A stretch of DNA of 64,000 nt from Raja brachyura (taxonomy: Eukaryota), in contig OY740814.1 in the NCBI GenBank assembly GCA_963514005.1, forward strand, positions 1,488,001-1,552,000, read 5' to 3'. How positions within the stretch are numbered: position 1 is the stretch's first letter; each line of letters begins with the position of its first letter. A program made the position numbers and the translations under genes. The notes below the pieces were generated by a model. It made no database searches. It was given only the letters and a program-made list of their open reading frames with translations, and had not been told where the DNA came from. Positions 12,003-25,739 of this stretch are shown here, in pieces.

Positions 12003-12239
12003 CTGACAAATCCCACTGATGCACATGTTGTGAGACTCCGTATTGCATCGGGTACCGTCGAGGACCTTGGGTGATAGTTCCACGATCAGGTCAGTGCCGC
12101 GGGCCTGACACTTCAGCGCACACTGAGCCTCTGGGTCGTTGTAGATGGGAACCCACTCGTAATATTGCCCCTGGTACTTCAGGTCATTGTGTGCGGAGCA
12201 TTGCTGGTGACGGAAGTCCCCAGCATCAGGCGGGCACCC
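12003..12239 (-). CDS. ADAMTSL3: ADAMTS-like protein coding exon (237 bp), cysteine-rich module
   Basis: tttttctgctgcag|GGG TGC...TGT CAG|gtaact. Translates GCPPDAGDFRHQQCSAHNDLKYQGQYYEWVPIYNDPEAQCALKCQARGTDLIVELSPKVLDGTRCNTESHNMCISGICQ, with the ADAMTS-type DFRxQQC, CxLxC and VLDGTRC motifs. Phase 0-0. Confidence 0.95.
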
Positions 12240-12671
12240 CTGCAGCAGAAAAACATGCGTTACTATCACACACAGTTGACCAACCTCTAGCCCTCGTGAA
12301 GGGATCCAGCACTGCAGTGCATTATCTCCTGCAACCAAGCCAGACCTCGGCAATAGCCTGAACTAAAACATGCATAAAAGCAGCAAGATTGATGTTAGCA
12401 TTGGGTACCATTCAGTGATCTTGCTGTCGGATTAATCCTAATAACACCAGAGGACGAGGCAAGTGACAAGTTTATCCTGCAGGAGAAAGGGATGATACAG
12501 TAACATGGCCAAGGTCTGGTGCTGCAATTGAGATTCCTGAAGCATGATGTCCAAGAGGCGTTAATGTTTGATTAAGTTGCTGCTTTATGGGATGTCAAGA
12601 CTGCCGCTTTTTTAACATGAAGGTGTTCCGTCTCCTGGTTTCACTTACAAACGGCTTTCACATAGAGTCAT

Positions 12672-12822
12672 GGAGTGAAACCCGGAGAACCCGGAGAAAA
12701 CCCACGCGGTCACAGGGAGAAGGTGCAAACTCCGGAGTAGACTGCACCCAAGGTCAGGATCGAACCTGGGTCTCAGGCACTGTGAGGCAGCAGCTCTACC
12801 AGCAGCACCACTGTGCCGCCCT
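12672..12822 (-). mobile_element. V-SINE 5' half
   Basis: Reverse complement of the head and V-domain. Confidence 0.8.
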
Positions 12823-13370
12823 CAGCTAGTCAATACTTTTTTGTACAGCTGTGCACTTATCTAAGAGACATAGAATGCCTGGAATCTGCGCAGAGATAAA
12901 ATTATTATTACTGTCAAAGCGGAGCGTAAATTGTATTGAATGTCATGCATGTCATCCAATGCCCACTCCATATCTGCTTCAGTTAAGCAGAAAGGTCTTG
13001 CATAAACAAACATAGTCTTCATATATCAAAGGTGAGACTATAACAGCTCATCTCTCCGATACCCTGGCAGCCTGGTTAAGGTCAGATCATTTAACTATGT
13101 GATGGAAAGTGTATCTATTGATCTTCATAACAGATTAAAAAAAACTATTCAAGGTTAATGGCCTGAAACTGCCGTGCGTCTGTGTGGGGGAAATAGAGGG
13201 GAGACGACTCTCTGTCCGCCTTTCACAATGTTGCTCGAAGGTCATTAAAGGCAAGTTAATACCAGCTTGAGAATCAGAAGGTAAATCCATCTTCAGAGGG
13301 TCACAATAGGGAAGCCATCCGGAAAAGTCGCCTTTCCATTCCCTCTCTTGCTAGTTTTACCCTTAATGAG

Positions 13371-13646
13371 GGTGGTGCAGCGGTAGAGTTGCTGCCTCAT
13401 GCCACCAGACACCCGGGTTCAATCCTGACCACGGGTGCTGTCTGTGCGGAGTTTGTACGCTCTCCCCGTGACCGCGTGGGTTTTCACCGGGTGCTCCGGT
13501 TTCCTCCCGCACTCCAAAGACGTACAGGTTTGCAGGTTAATCGGTAAAAATTGTAAATTGGCCCTAGTTGTTTGCTAGTGTAATGTGGATCGCTGGTTGG
13601 CATCGACTCAGTGGGCTGAAGAGACTGTTTCCGCGCTGTATCTCTC
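13371..13646 (+). mobile_element. V-SINE
   Basis: Head, V-domain and CR1-type tail. Confidence 0.85.
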
Positions 13647-13944
13647 AATAAACCAATACCAAACACGTCCATGACAATCAAGATGCCTCAGATATGTTTC
13701 TAGCTTCATATCGTTGAAGACGTCCAGCACCTCCTCTACGGTAATGAAGACTATTCCCAACTAAATCCCAATTAACTTGACTGAGATCCCGAGTCTTCGT
13801 ACCTTTCTCCATGGTAGAAACAGGGAAGAAATATTGATGGACAACCTTGCCCATCCCCAACAGACCCACACATGGATGTCCACCGTGTCTTCCAGGGGCC
13901 CGATTCTTTCCCTCATTACAGGTTTTTCTCTAATATCCATAAAG

Positions 13945-14390
13945 TCATAGAGTCATACAGCGTGGAAAAAGGCCCTTCTGCCCAACTTGCTCATGTTGAC
14001 CAACATGTCCAAGCTACACTAGTCCCACCTGTCTGCCATAAGCCCATATCCTTCTAAACCTATCCTATCCAGGTACCTTTCCAAATGTATTTTAAATGAT
14101 ATGATAGTACCTGCCTCAACTACCTCTTCTGGCAGCTCATTCCATAAACCTACCACCCTTAGTGTAAAAAAGCTGTCCCTCAGGTTCCCATTAAAATTTT
14201 CCCCCTTTCCTTAAACCTATGCTACCTGGTCCTTGATTCCCCTACTCTGGGTAAAAGGCTCTGTGCATCTCTCTGGGTAAAAGGCTCTGTGCATTTACCT
14301 ACTCCTCTATAAGATCACCTCCCATCCTTTGCTCCAAGGAATAAAATCCTAGCCCGCACAACCTCTCCCTGTAGCTAAGGCCCTCGAGGT
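13945..14390 (-). mobile_element. Older CR1 subfamily 3' fragment with (gactctat)n tail
   Basis: Reverse complement of the family at 58370-58805. Contains a 26-bp tandem duplication at 14245-14294. Related fragments at about 17520, 19090, 21245, 22060, 23425 and 53205. Confidence 0.8.
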
Positions 14391-14967
14391 CCGTATAAGT
14401 GTATACTTAAAACGACATATACTTTTAAATTATATACCATTTTTTATATATATATATATATATATACACGGTATATGAAGTATGTACGTGAAAACTGGGC
14501 ATCCAGGAGATAACGTAGACCTTTAGCATCAGTGTAAATGCACACCTTCAGTCTATGTAACCTCATGGCCTGGTATATCCCTCACAGTACTGTCGGAGGG
14601 GATTTTGTACTTTACCCATACAGTACCATGACTATCAAGCCAGGGCCCTTTGTTCAGTAAGGATTGTAGATGGGCAGCAAGAGCAGCACTAGTTATACAT
14701 AACAATGATGAGGAGTGTGGGAAGGAACTACAGATGAATGAATGAATAAGTTTATTGGCCAAGTATTCACATACAAGGAATTTACCTTGGTGCTCCGCCC
14801 ACAAGTGACAACATAACATACAGTGACAGTTAGGAATGACACATAAAAGATTAAACGTTAATAAAACATTGTTTAAATATGTGAATTAAATAAAATACCA
14901 GCACAAAAGGAGGCTACAGATTTCTGGTTATTGAGTAGAGCTACCATGCCTTTATCTATACTATACT

Positions 14968-16163
14968 TTATCTAGACTTTCAGAAGGCTTTCGACAAGGT
15001 CCCACACAAGAGATTAGTATACAAACTTAAAGCACACGGTATTGGGGGTTCAGTATTGATGTGGATAGAGAACTGGCTGGCAGACAGGAAGCAAAGAGTA
15101 GGAGTAAACGGGTCATTTTCAGAATGGCAGACAGTGACTAGTGGGGTACCACAAGGCTCAGTGCTGGGACCCCACCTATTTACAATATATATTAATGATT
15201 TGGACGAGGGAATTGATGCAACATCTCCAAGTTTGCGGATGACACGAAGCTGGGGGCAGTGTTAGCTGTGAAGAGGATGCTAGGAGGCTGCAAGGTGACT
15301 GGGATAGGCTGGGTGAGTGGGCAAATGCATGGCAGATGCAGTATAATGTAGATAAATGTGAGGTTATCCACTTTGGCGGCAAAAACTGGAAGGTAGACTA
15401 TTATCTGAATGGTGGCAGATTAGGAAAAGGGGAGATGCAACGAGACCTGGGTGTCATGGTACACCAGTCATTGAAAGTAGGCATGCAGGTGCAGCAGGCA
15501 GTGAAGAAAGCAAATGGTATGTTAGCATTCATAGCAAAAGGATTTGAGTATAGGAGCAGGGAGGTTCTACTGCAGTTGTACAGGGTTTTGGTGAGATCAC
15601 ACCTGGAGTATTGCGTACAGTTTTGATCTCCAAATCTGAGGAAAGACTTTCTTGCCATAGAGGGGGTACAGAGAAGGTTCACCAGACTGATTACTGGGAT
15701 GTCAGGACTTTCATATGAAGAAAGACTGGATAGACTCGGCTTGTACTCGCTAGAATTTAGAAGATTGAGGGGGGATCGTATAGAAACTTACAAAATTCTT
15801 AAGGGGTTGGACAGGCTAGATGCAGGAAGATTGTTCCCGATGTTGGGGAGGTCCAGAACAAGGGGTCACAGTTTAAGGATAAGGGGGAATTCCTTTAGGA
15901 CCGAGATGAGGAAAACATTTTTCACACAGAGAGTGGTGAGTCTCTGGAATTGTCTGCCACAGAGGGTAGTTGAGGTCAGTTCATTGGCTATAGTTAAGAG
16001 GGAGTTAGATGTGGCCCTTGTGGCTAAAGGGATCAGGGGGTATGGAGAGAAAGCAGGTACAGGATACTGAGTTGGATGATCAACCATGATCACATTGAAT
16101 GGCGGTGCAGGCTCGAAGGGCCGAATGGCCTACTCCTGCACCTAATTTCTATGTTTCTATGTT
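14968..16163 (+). mobile_element. CR1-clade LINE, 5'-truncated ORF2 with frameshifts and stops
   Basis: [38 protein letters not shown] motifs. (tttctatg)n tail. Confidence 0.95.
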
Positions 16164-17977
16164 ACTACACGTGGAAAAAAAGCTGTTTTTATGTCTGGCT
16201 GTGGCATCTTCGACAGTCCGGAGTCGCCTTCCAGAGGGAGTTTACATTGAAGATAAACACAAAATGCTGGAGTAACTCAGTGGGTCGGGGGCTGAAGGGC
16301 CTGTTTCCACCTTGTATCTCAAACTAACCTAAAGAGTGTGTATTTTGTATGCTAGTCACGTTGTCATCTGTTGAGGACTAGTTTGGCTGATGCTTTGACA
16401 GGGAGCATCAACTAGACTTGGAATGTGGGACTCCTGGAAATCATAGTTTTAAGCAGCAGACACATTGTGCAGTCTTGTGATTGTGATAAAAATAAAATTG
16501 TCAGAGGTCAAATGACTAACTAGCATTGAATGCACTGCGTGGGCAAGAAGGATATCCAGCGCCCAAATTCAGAAACTTGAGACAGTGAGCGACTCCCAAT
16601 GTGGAGGCCGTCCAACAAAAACACTTCTAAATTTGGAACGAACAATAATAAATGTAAATGATAAACGTTCTTCAAGGAAGAATTAATTGGAAGCAGCGTA
16701 TCAAGAGCTTAAGGGAGATGTTTTACAGAAACTTTGGTAAGTTCATAAATCATCAGAAGCCATATTTTAAGCCGTAGTATTAATCTAACACTTTCATTAA
16801 AGTTCACTGACATTCAAGTGTTCAGTGATAACAAATAAATCCTAAATTCACACGGTCGAGGAGCAGAATTAGGCCATTCGGCCCATCGAGTCTACTCTGC
16901 CATTCAATCGTGGCTGATCTATCTCTCCCTCTCAATCCCATTCTCTTGCCTTCTTCCCATAACCCCTGACACCCGTACTAATCAAGAATTATGAGATGTT
17001 TAAAAATTAATATTGGCAAAAATCTGATTCCATGCCCATATTTTTTAAAGTTGCAAAATGGGATACATGAGTGTACGTTGGTGGCAATAGTTACACGTGA
17101 CACTGTGGAGCGAGGATGATAAAGATCGGGGGTTACTGTTCATCGAGTCAACGGCAAGTGGTAGTTGTGAGTGAATCGCCACCTCCTGCGCTTCTAATAC
17201 ACACAGCAGCTGGGCGGGCGGCATGAATCCCATGCCACCACCTGCAAGCTGTAACCACTGCTCCCTGACAGCTACTGAGTGACTTCCACAGGCTGTTACC
17301 AGGAATCTGCAAGTAGTTTAGAGATACAGCGCGGAATCCGGCCCCTCGATCACCAAGTACACACTGACTATCGACCACTGATACATTTGTTCTACGTCCT
17401 ATAAACGAGTGTAATCTACTGAACCTCATGTTATTTTATTAGCTTGGCTTAGTTTAGAGATACAGCATGGAAACGGGCCCTTCAGCCCACCGAGTCCATG
17501 AGAGGTTCTTGATAAATAAATCCTTTCTTATCTTATCCATTCCCGTCATGATATATACACTTCTATTAGATCACCCCTCATCCTCCTGCGCTCCAAGGAA
17601 TAGAGTCCTAGCCTGCCGCTATATCCCTATAGCTCAGGCCCTCGGATCCTGGCAACATCCTCGTACATCTCTGCATCCTTTCCGGGTTATCTTTTGCAAG
17701 ATATGGGAGGAAACAAGAGTCCTTCCCGAGTTTCAGTGAGATGTTTGTGTTTCAGCAAAGTAGTCCTCTATGGAACCTGTCACCTGCTACAGCACTAGGC
17801 ACCTGAATGTCCCCAGTCACAGCCTGGGCATAAATATTGCGGCAAACCTTCGACTGGCATTCATCACTCATCACATCGAATCCTCATCTGAGGATTGCAG
17901 TTAATTAACACTATTCCCCGTGGGAATCACAAACCACCATGCAGCCAGCATCTGGTAACATCTGCACTGTGATCCCC

Positions 17978-18470
17978 ATGTAGAAACAAAGAACTGCAGA
18001 TGCTGGTTAAGGCACAAAAGGACACAAAGTGCTGGAGTAACTCGGCAGGTCAAGGTTGCACAGACGCAGCAGTAGAGTTGCTGCCTCACAGCGGCAGAGA
18101 CCCGGGTTGAACCTGGCTACGGGTGCTTGTCCGTATGGAGTTTGTTCATTCTCCCGATGACCACGTGGGTTTTCTCCACTTTCCTCTCACATTCCAAAGA
18201 CGTACGGGTTTGTCGGTTAATTGGCTAGTTAAAATTGTAACTTATCCCAGTGTGTTGGATAGTATCAGTGTACGGTGATCGCTGGACGGCGTGGACAAGG
18301 TGGGCCGAAGGGCCTGTTTCCCCACTGTATCTGTAAAGTCAGGAAGCATCGCAGGAGAGCATGGATAGGTGACCTTTTGGGACAAGAAGGGTTCAGATCC
18401 AAAAATCACCTATCCAAGGTCTCCAAAGATTCTGCCTGACCCGTTGAGTCACTTCAGCACTTTATGTCCA
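17978..18470. mobile_element. Penelope-derived palindrome split by a plus-strand V-SINE (about 18055-18338)
   Basis: The arm stops at ggcaggtca and resumes at gtcaggaagcatc after the SINE tail. Confidence 0.78.
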
Positions 18471-20689
18471 ATCACAGTTCCCACAATTAGTTAGAAACAC
18501 TGTCAACATTTGCTTGCATTATTATCTTTACAGCAATATAACATGCCTCTTCCTGTCTACAATGTGGATGTCTTTATAACCTGACATCAAATTATGACCA
18601 CTTATTTTCAAAGCCTGGAATCATTTTCACCTGAAAAGCCAAATATCAAATAGTTTTGATTTTCGCAAGCAGGAATCAGATTTCCTCTAGTGTCTAGCTC
18701 AAGAAATTATTTGGACATGTTTATGATTCTTACACAAGGTGATGTGAACATTTCAAGTGTAATAGGAGACAGCCATTGTGGGGTTTTAGTCCCACCCTAA
18801 TGATTGATGATGTTGAAAGGTACGGGAAAGCCAAAAGTCTTCTCTGCCCACATAAACTTGTAGATTAACTTAAAGCCTCTCAGAATCAAGCCAGCATTTT
18901 GTTTCCTCTGGCGCCAAGACTGTGCACTAGATAATGACCAGATTCCATTTTGCTTATGTTAAATCAAATGAATCCTTTATTACTGTCACCTCGAGGCATG
19001 CAACCATTCCATGACCACATCTGCAACCTTGCTCAAACAAGTCAGTGTAAACAGCAAGTATTTATAACCTAACAGAGCAATTGACCACATAGAGAGATAC
19101 AGTGTAGAAACAGGCCCTTTGACCAAACTTGCCCACACCAATCAACATGACCCATCTGCACTAGTCCCACCTCTCGCCCATAACCCTCCAAACCTAAGAT
19201 TGACACAAAAAGCTGGAGTAACTCAGCAGGACAGGCAGCATCTCTGGAGAGAAGGAATGGGTGACATTTTGGGTCGAGACCACTTCTTCAGACGTTAAAC
19301 CTTTAAACCTATCCTATCCATGTACCTGCCTAAATGTCTGAAATGTTATGAAGGTACCTGCCTCAACTACCTATTAGTTTTGGGATACAGCATGGAAACA
19401 GGCCCTTTGGTCCACCATCCATGTCGACCATCAATCACCCATTTACACTAGTTCTGCCTTATCCAACGATTGCATTCACTCCTTGCAGAATACAGAGCTC
19501 CGTTAGAAAAAGCCAAGGAGGACAAAGTTGACATCGTGGAAGGAGATGGGAGAGGAGTACAAAGTCAAGGATTAAAGTGACATTTATTTATTTTCCACCA
19601 CTGATCCTTTTGACAATCACACACACGATCCTGCCCCTATTCCCACCCTCTCCCAGTAACAGATACTGATGCAAAGGGTCAGTCTATCTTCTATCTTCAG
19701 TTTGTTCGTTCTGTGTCTATCTTAGCTGTATTCTGTCCCGCTGAGTCACTCCCGCATTTTGTGTCTATTTCCGACTCAAGGCAGCTTTGCTTTGACTCCC
19801 AGATTGTCTGTCCACCCCCTGCCTCCAGCTCATCTGCACGTCCACTCTCGACCACCACCTATTTCCAGGCAGTTGGATGATGCCAAAAATCATCTAAAAA
19901 ACCCAGTAATAATAACTCATGAATGACTTATTGCCCTGAGCACAAACCCATATTCGATACTTTTCCCAAAGACGCCCACAAAGTGGAACCAAATGCCCCA
20001 AAGGCCAATGTTCTACTGGTGCATCTACTGGGCAGGAACCTCATGCATTGTTCCCAAGATTCTCTGCATACTTTCCCGACGGATGAGATTCCTTGTTGAT
20101 CACAATGCACAATAGCCCTGCTGACCAAGCTGTGCAACTTGGCAACAGGGAATACCATTTATCATTGTCAAGCCATGACACACTCCACTGGCAATGAAAC
20201 AATACTTGCCAAAAGTGGAATAAAACAGCCCCCTTCAACTCCAACTGTGTATACACAATATATAAATGAAGGGAAAACAGACAGGCTGGAGTTCACTTGA
20301 AGGGCGACGTTCATCTCTGGATTCATGAGACATTGATAAACTACTTCAACCTTCAACCTTAAATTGATGAAAGTATTTAAACATCTTGATGCACCTCTGT
20401 CCCATGAAACTCTCCAGCCTACCTTGTTTAATGGAAAAAGTAAATTCTAAAAGACAACAAAGTGACATAATATTTGTAAAAGGAAATATGTTACTTAGCA
20501 GTAACAGAAGTGTTATTGAAAACCTGAACTAGCTTCACTCAACGTAGTGTGATGGAGAGAGTGATTGGACACCAGTCTGAGACTGCCCAGTGACTGGAGA
20601 CCATGATGTACTCCACTCCCACCAACAACAGCCGTTCCCCGACTACTATCACTGTCCTCCTGATTAATTTTACACTTTGCACGCCTCGT

Positions 20690-20935
20690 TGTCACTTTCC
20701 CTTCCACTGTTCTACATTTCCTTGATCATCGTCTGCTTTGACCGGACCTTTTAATTCTCTTTGAAACTCTTCCACATCTCTAGTTTCCCTCTCCCCTGAC
20801 TCTCCGTCTGAAGAAGGGTCTCGACTTGAAACGTCATCCATTCCTTCTCTCCAGAGATGCTGCCTGTCCCGCTGAGTTACTCCAGCATTTTGTGCCTATC
20901 TTCGGTGTAAACCTGCATCTGCAGTTCACTCCTGC
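20690..20935 (+). mobile_element. Penelope-like 3' UTR and terminus
   Basis: UTR, then gtctgaagaagggtctcgacttgaaacgtc and the standard arm. Confidence 0.8.
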
Positions 20936-22489
20936 AACCTTCCAGCTGGGTTCAGTAGACCAGTGCATGGCTCACTCCACCTACACACCCTTCATTAGTA
21001 CTTGGACAAGGGGACATAGCCAGTAACCGGGACACCTCCATCCTTGCACTACACATGGCTGGGGTCTCTCTGCTGTATCCATTTAAGTTATTTATTTCAA
21101 TAAAGGACTCAGCTGAGTAAAATGACCAGGCTTTTCCTAACAATCATCTTGGAGCAAAGATATTTATTTTTAATATAAATTTTAAATGAAATTTAAAAGA
21201 ATTGGACCTGCTCCTGTTTTACCAGATGTTGTTATAAAAAGTCAGAGTCATAGAGTGATACAGCGTGGAAACAGGCCCTTCGGCCGAACTTGCCCACACC
21301 GACCAACATACCCCATCTACACTAGTCCAACCGGCCCGTATTCCTAACCATGTCCCTGTCCAAATGTTGTTTAAAAGTTGTGATAGTTGTTGTAAATACC
21401 TCTGCCACCAACCCGCATGCTGACATAAACCGACCACATGAGGTCCACTCTAGCTTTCAACATCAGGGAGATACACTGCTCACTGCCACACGTACTACTC
21501 TGTACGTCCATTCTATCTGTTTGCACACCTGTTTATTGTTCACTTCGAAGACAAAAGCCTCTGGCACAATATATCCAATGCCGACAACCCATAAAACCCA
21601 CGCATCATTAAGTCCATTACGAAAACTATTTTTGAAACTGCATGGTTTTCTCATGACTTATCAGTGAAGCAGTTGATTCTAGTGCGTAGACTCTTTGATG
21701 AGGTGTAAAGTAAGCACGGCATGAATCACAACTGCCCAATGCTGAGAGCATTAAATCAACTATGACTTCTAAGCTCGAGGCTCATTAAAATATCTTGGAC
21801 CAGCTCAAAGTGTGATAAACACCTCTGATGAGAAGCCCGCCTGTGGGAGGTGGGGAATAGTCTGTACATCTGAATAAGCACTCCATGCAATGGTTATGAG
21901 CTGGGCTTCACAGAGATAGGGTCTTGCTTCATGGACAAGATGCCTCTCCCAACTATATTCATCAGGTCAGCAAGTGAACAGAGTGCCAGTGCATCCTCAA
22001 GTGTCCTCTGAAATGTTGAGACAATGTCTCACCAGAAATACATTTGATTACAGTAAAAGGCTGCTGGAGGAGGTAGTTGAGGCTGGGACTATCCCATAGT
22101 TTAAGAAACAGACAGGTACATGGAGAGGACAGGTGTGGAGGGTTATGGACCAAGCGCAGGCTGTGGGACTAGGGGAGCTGGGACATTGTTGGCCGGTGTG
22201 GGCGGGATGGGCCTGTTTCCACACTGTATTAAACTTGTCAAGAGAGTTTATTGTCATGTGGCCCAGATAGGACAATGAAAAACTATGACTCTAAATATTA
22301 AAATTGATATAAAGTAATATTACTTATAGATAATTAGATAATAAACTGGGGAAGGTGAATCTTAAGGAGAAAAGATTTCGAGAAGATGTCTTGTGAAAAA
22401 AAAACTGCCAGCGCAAACAGACAATGAACTGAATGAAATAAAAACAAAATCTGCTGTGACACCCAGGTGGTCAGGCAATGTTTGAAGGA

Positions 22490-22738
22490 CACAGAGTGCT
22501 GGAGTAACTCAGCGGGCCAGGCAGCATCTGTGGAGAACATGGATAGGTGACGTTTCACAGAGTGCTGGAGTAACTCAGCGGGTCAGGCAGCATCTGTGGA
22601 GAACATGGATAGGTGACGTTTCACAGAGTGCTGGAGTAACTCAGCGGGCCAGGCAGCATCTGTGGAGAACATGGATAGGTGACGTTTCACAGAGTGCTGG
22701 AGTAACTCAGCGGGTCAGGCAGCATCTGTGGAGAACAT
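22490..22738. repeat. 66-bp tandem array (about 3.8 units) derived from the Penelope terminus
   Basis: ggagtaactc recurs at 22501, 22567, 22633 and 22699. Confidence 0.95.
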
Positions 22739-24204
22739 TTATTAATGTATAATCTCTCTGACTGGGTAGCACGCAACATAAAAGCTCTTCACTGTACCTG
22801 GGTACATGTGGCAATAGTGAACTAAACTAAACTAACAGGTGACATCCTCCCCACACCCATCCAGTGGAAACTCCTGAGATTTTTACCTTTCAATCTTCAG
22901 CCAGAATGAACCTGATGAACCAAATCATCTCTTGTGTTGTAAATGTATTGTGTAATGCTGACTCGAACTTCAATGGTACATTGTCCAGACCACAAAATAC
23001 CTTCTTTTGTTCTGCTCACTGTTCTTTTCAGTTAATCTTACGTCTCGTGTTTTGTGGCTACCAGTCATTTGAAAACCGTCTGCTAATATTTAACTTGCCC
23101 GTTCTTTCATGAACTTAAACAACTGTATCACAATCAGTCGTCATTCTGACAAAAGGTTATTCGGACGACATAATAATAAAAAGTTTTAAACTTTAAGAAT
23201 TAGGCTAATACTTTGTAAATAACTTTCAAGTACAGTGGCACCATGACAGGCTCAGTTGAACAGCAGGGTTGGGCTGATCTAGGCGAGCTAAGGTGATAGG
23301 GACTCTATGGACAGAAGTTCCTGAGCTAGTAAAGCTACACTGTGTGGCCACCCCTGATGTTAAGATCAAGGATATCTCAAAGTAGACTCAGGACATTTAG
23401 TGAGGGGATAGTAAACAGCTACACAGAGTCATAGAGTGATAGAATGTGGAAACGAGCCCTTTGTCCCTACCTGCCCACACCGGCCAACATGTCCAAGCTA
23501 CACTAGTCCCACCTGCCTGCGGTTGGCCCATATCCCTCCAAATCTGTCTGATCCATGTACCTGTTTAACTGTTTCTTAAATGCTGGGATAGTCCCAACAT
23601 CCAAAAGCTTGTTCTATACACCCACCACCCTTTGTATGAAAAAGATACCCCTCAGATTCCTATTAAATCTTTTCCATTTCACTTTAAACTTGTGTCTTAT
23701 GGTTTTGATTCCCCTACTCTGGGCAAGAGACTCTGTGCATCCATCTGATCTATTCCTCTCATGATTTTGTACACCTCTATAAGATTTTCCCACATTGGTA
23801 CAATCACAACAGTAGGAAGATAAATGATGTCCTGAAGAATCCCACGCATTTTAATATATTCATTAAAACAAAAAAGTGAGGATAAGACGACTTGAGGATA
23901 AAGGAGGTAATTGGAATTCCACTTTGCCTTAAATGGCACATGTGACAATAAAATGACCTTGAAATGTTGAAACCTTGAATTTGTGCTTGGAGTTGGAGGA
24001 TGGACAAACTTGACTGAGTTTTTGAGAAGGTGATGAATAATTGGAGGCCAGTGGATATTGTTTACATTTAACAAGGTCCCTCGTGCTAGACTGGTTCTGA
24101 AGATTAAGATGCATGGGTTCCTTGATGACTCGCTAGTTTGGATTGGAGGTTTTGGAGAGGGTGCTGAAGAGGTTTACAAGGATGTTGCCTGGATGAGAGG
24201 GGAT

Positions 24205-24930
24205 GTCACTCAATGTCAGCAAAACTAAAGAGATGATCGTGGACTACAGGAGACAGCAGGGGAGTGGACACCTCCCCATCCACATCGGTGATCCTGAGGT
24301 TGAAAGGGTCAGCAGCTTCAAGTTCCTCAGCGTGCACATCACTGACACAGTAACTAAGAAAGCCTGCCAGTGACTCTTTTTCTTGAGAAGACTGAGGAAG
24401 TTTGGCATGAACGCCAGCATCCTCACAAACATCTACAGTTGCACCATCGAGAGTCTGCTGCCGGGCTGCATCACAGTCTGGTACGGGAACTGTTCTGTCC
24501 ACAGCCACAACTCAGTGGTGAAGGCGGCACACAGCACATCACTGGCAACTGTCTCCCGGCCATTCAGGACATTTTCCACCGGCGGTGCCTGTGGAAGGCA
24601 CACAGCATCACCAAGGACCACAGCCACCCAGCACGCAGACTGTTCTCCTTGTTACCGTCAGGCAGACCATACAGGAGCATGGCTGCACGCACCACCAGAC
24701 TTAACCATCAAGCCATCAGGCTTCTGAACTCATAAACACATCATATATGTTGATTATTTTATTTATTATTGTCTTTTACCTACCAATGTCACATTTATCT
24801 TATCTTTTTTTTAACCCTAATTTTATCCTTGTAATATCATTGCTGAGGTGACCCGTTGTCTTGTCAAACACATTTCATTGTACCGTTGACCCTGTGTTAA
24901 CCTACATATGACAAATAAAACTGAACTGAC
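24205..24930 (+). mobile_element. Rex1/Babar-clade LINE 3' fragment nested in an old CR1 remnant (about 24040-25335)
   Basis: LNVSKTKEMIVDYRR, FKFL.VHITD, LRRLRKFGM, TIESLL..CITVWYGNC, D.SHP...LFSLLPSGR.YRS and AIRLLN motifs. Tail gacaaataaaactgaactga. Confidence 0.88.
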
Positions 24931-25739
24931 CTGATCAGTTAACGGGAGAGATTGGACAAACATGGATTGTTTTCTCTGGGATCCAGGAGTTGAGGGGAGA
25001 TTTGATAGAAGTTTATTAAATGATGAGAGGCACAGATAGACAGGCGGTCAGAAACCTTGTCCCCAGGGTGGAAATGTCAGATACCGGAGGACATTAGGTG
25101 AGAGGGGGATAGTTTTGAGACGATGCGAGGGGTAGGTTTTTACTCTCAAGAATGCATTGACAGGGTGGTGTGGGAAATATATATGATATGGCATTTAAGA
25201 GGTTTTTTAATTGGCACAAGGATATGCCGGGGGTAGAACGATATGGATCATGTGTGGGCAGATGGGATTAGTTTAGTTTGGCATCATATTTGGCACAGAT
25301 ACTGTGGGCTGAAGGACCAGTTCCTGCCCTGTTCTATGTTCTCTCAGTGTCCATGTCTTTCTTGGCCATGTAAGTCCTTATTAATCCAATTTGCTTCTTG
25401 GAAATTAGGAAATGATTTAGGAGTTCTCCCAGGAGTTTTGGAATGTTTTCAAATTGACTTGTGGATTTAAACACAAGAACTCTTTTTAAAGTCCCAAAAA
25501 AGCTGCAGAACTTCTGAGAATTAGAGTAACAGATCACGCATGTTCACCAAGAAATGGTGCGCTCTAAAATAGATGGGGTGCGGGAGGGAGCAACCCCTGG
25601 TTTTGTGTGCGAATAACAAAAAAAGGACAGCAAATTAAAAAAGATGCATGGATCTTTATGGATGTATGGATAATGATCTACCTTCTGGAGATACATTAAA
25701 ATATTAGATAATGATATCTGCCTTTAGAATTTACTTTAG

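Noticed and set aside
14245-14294. 26-bp tandem duplication
   Set aside because: Ordinary local slippage inside a decayed CR1 fragment.
22490-22738. CRISPR-like regular repeat array
   Set aside because: Units are contiguous and near-identical with no unique spacers, the context is a eukaryotic intron, and there are no cas genes.
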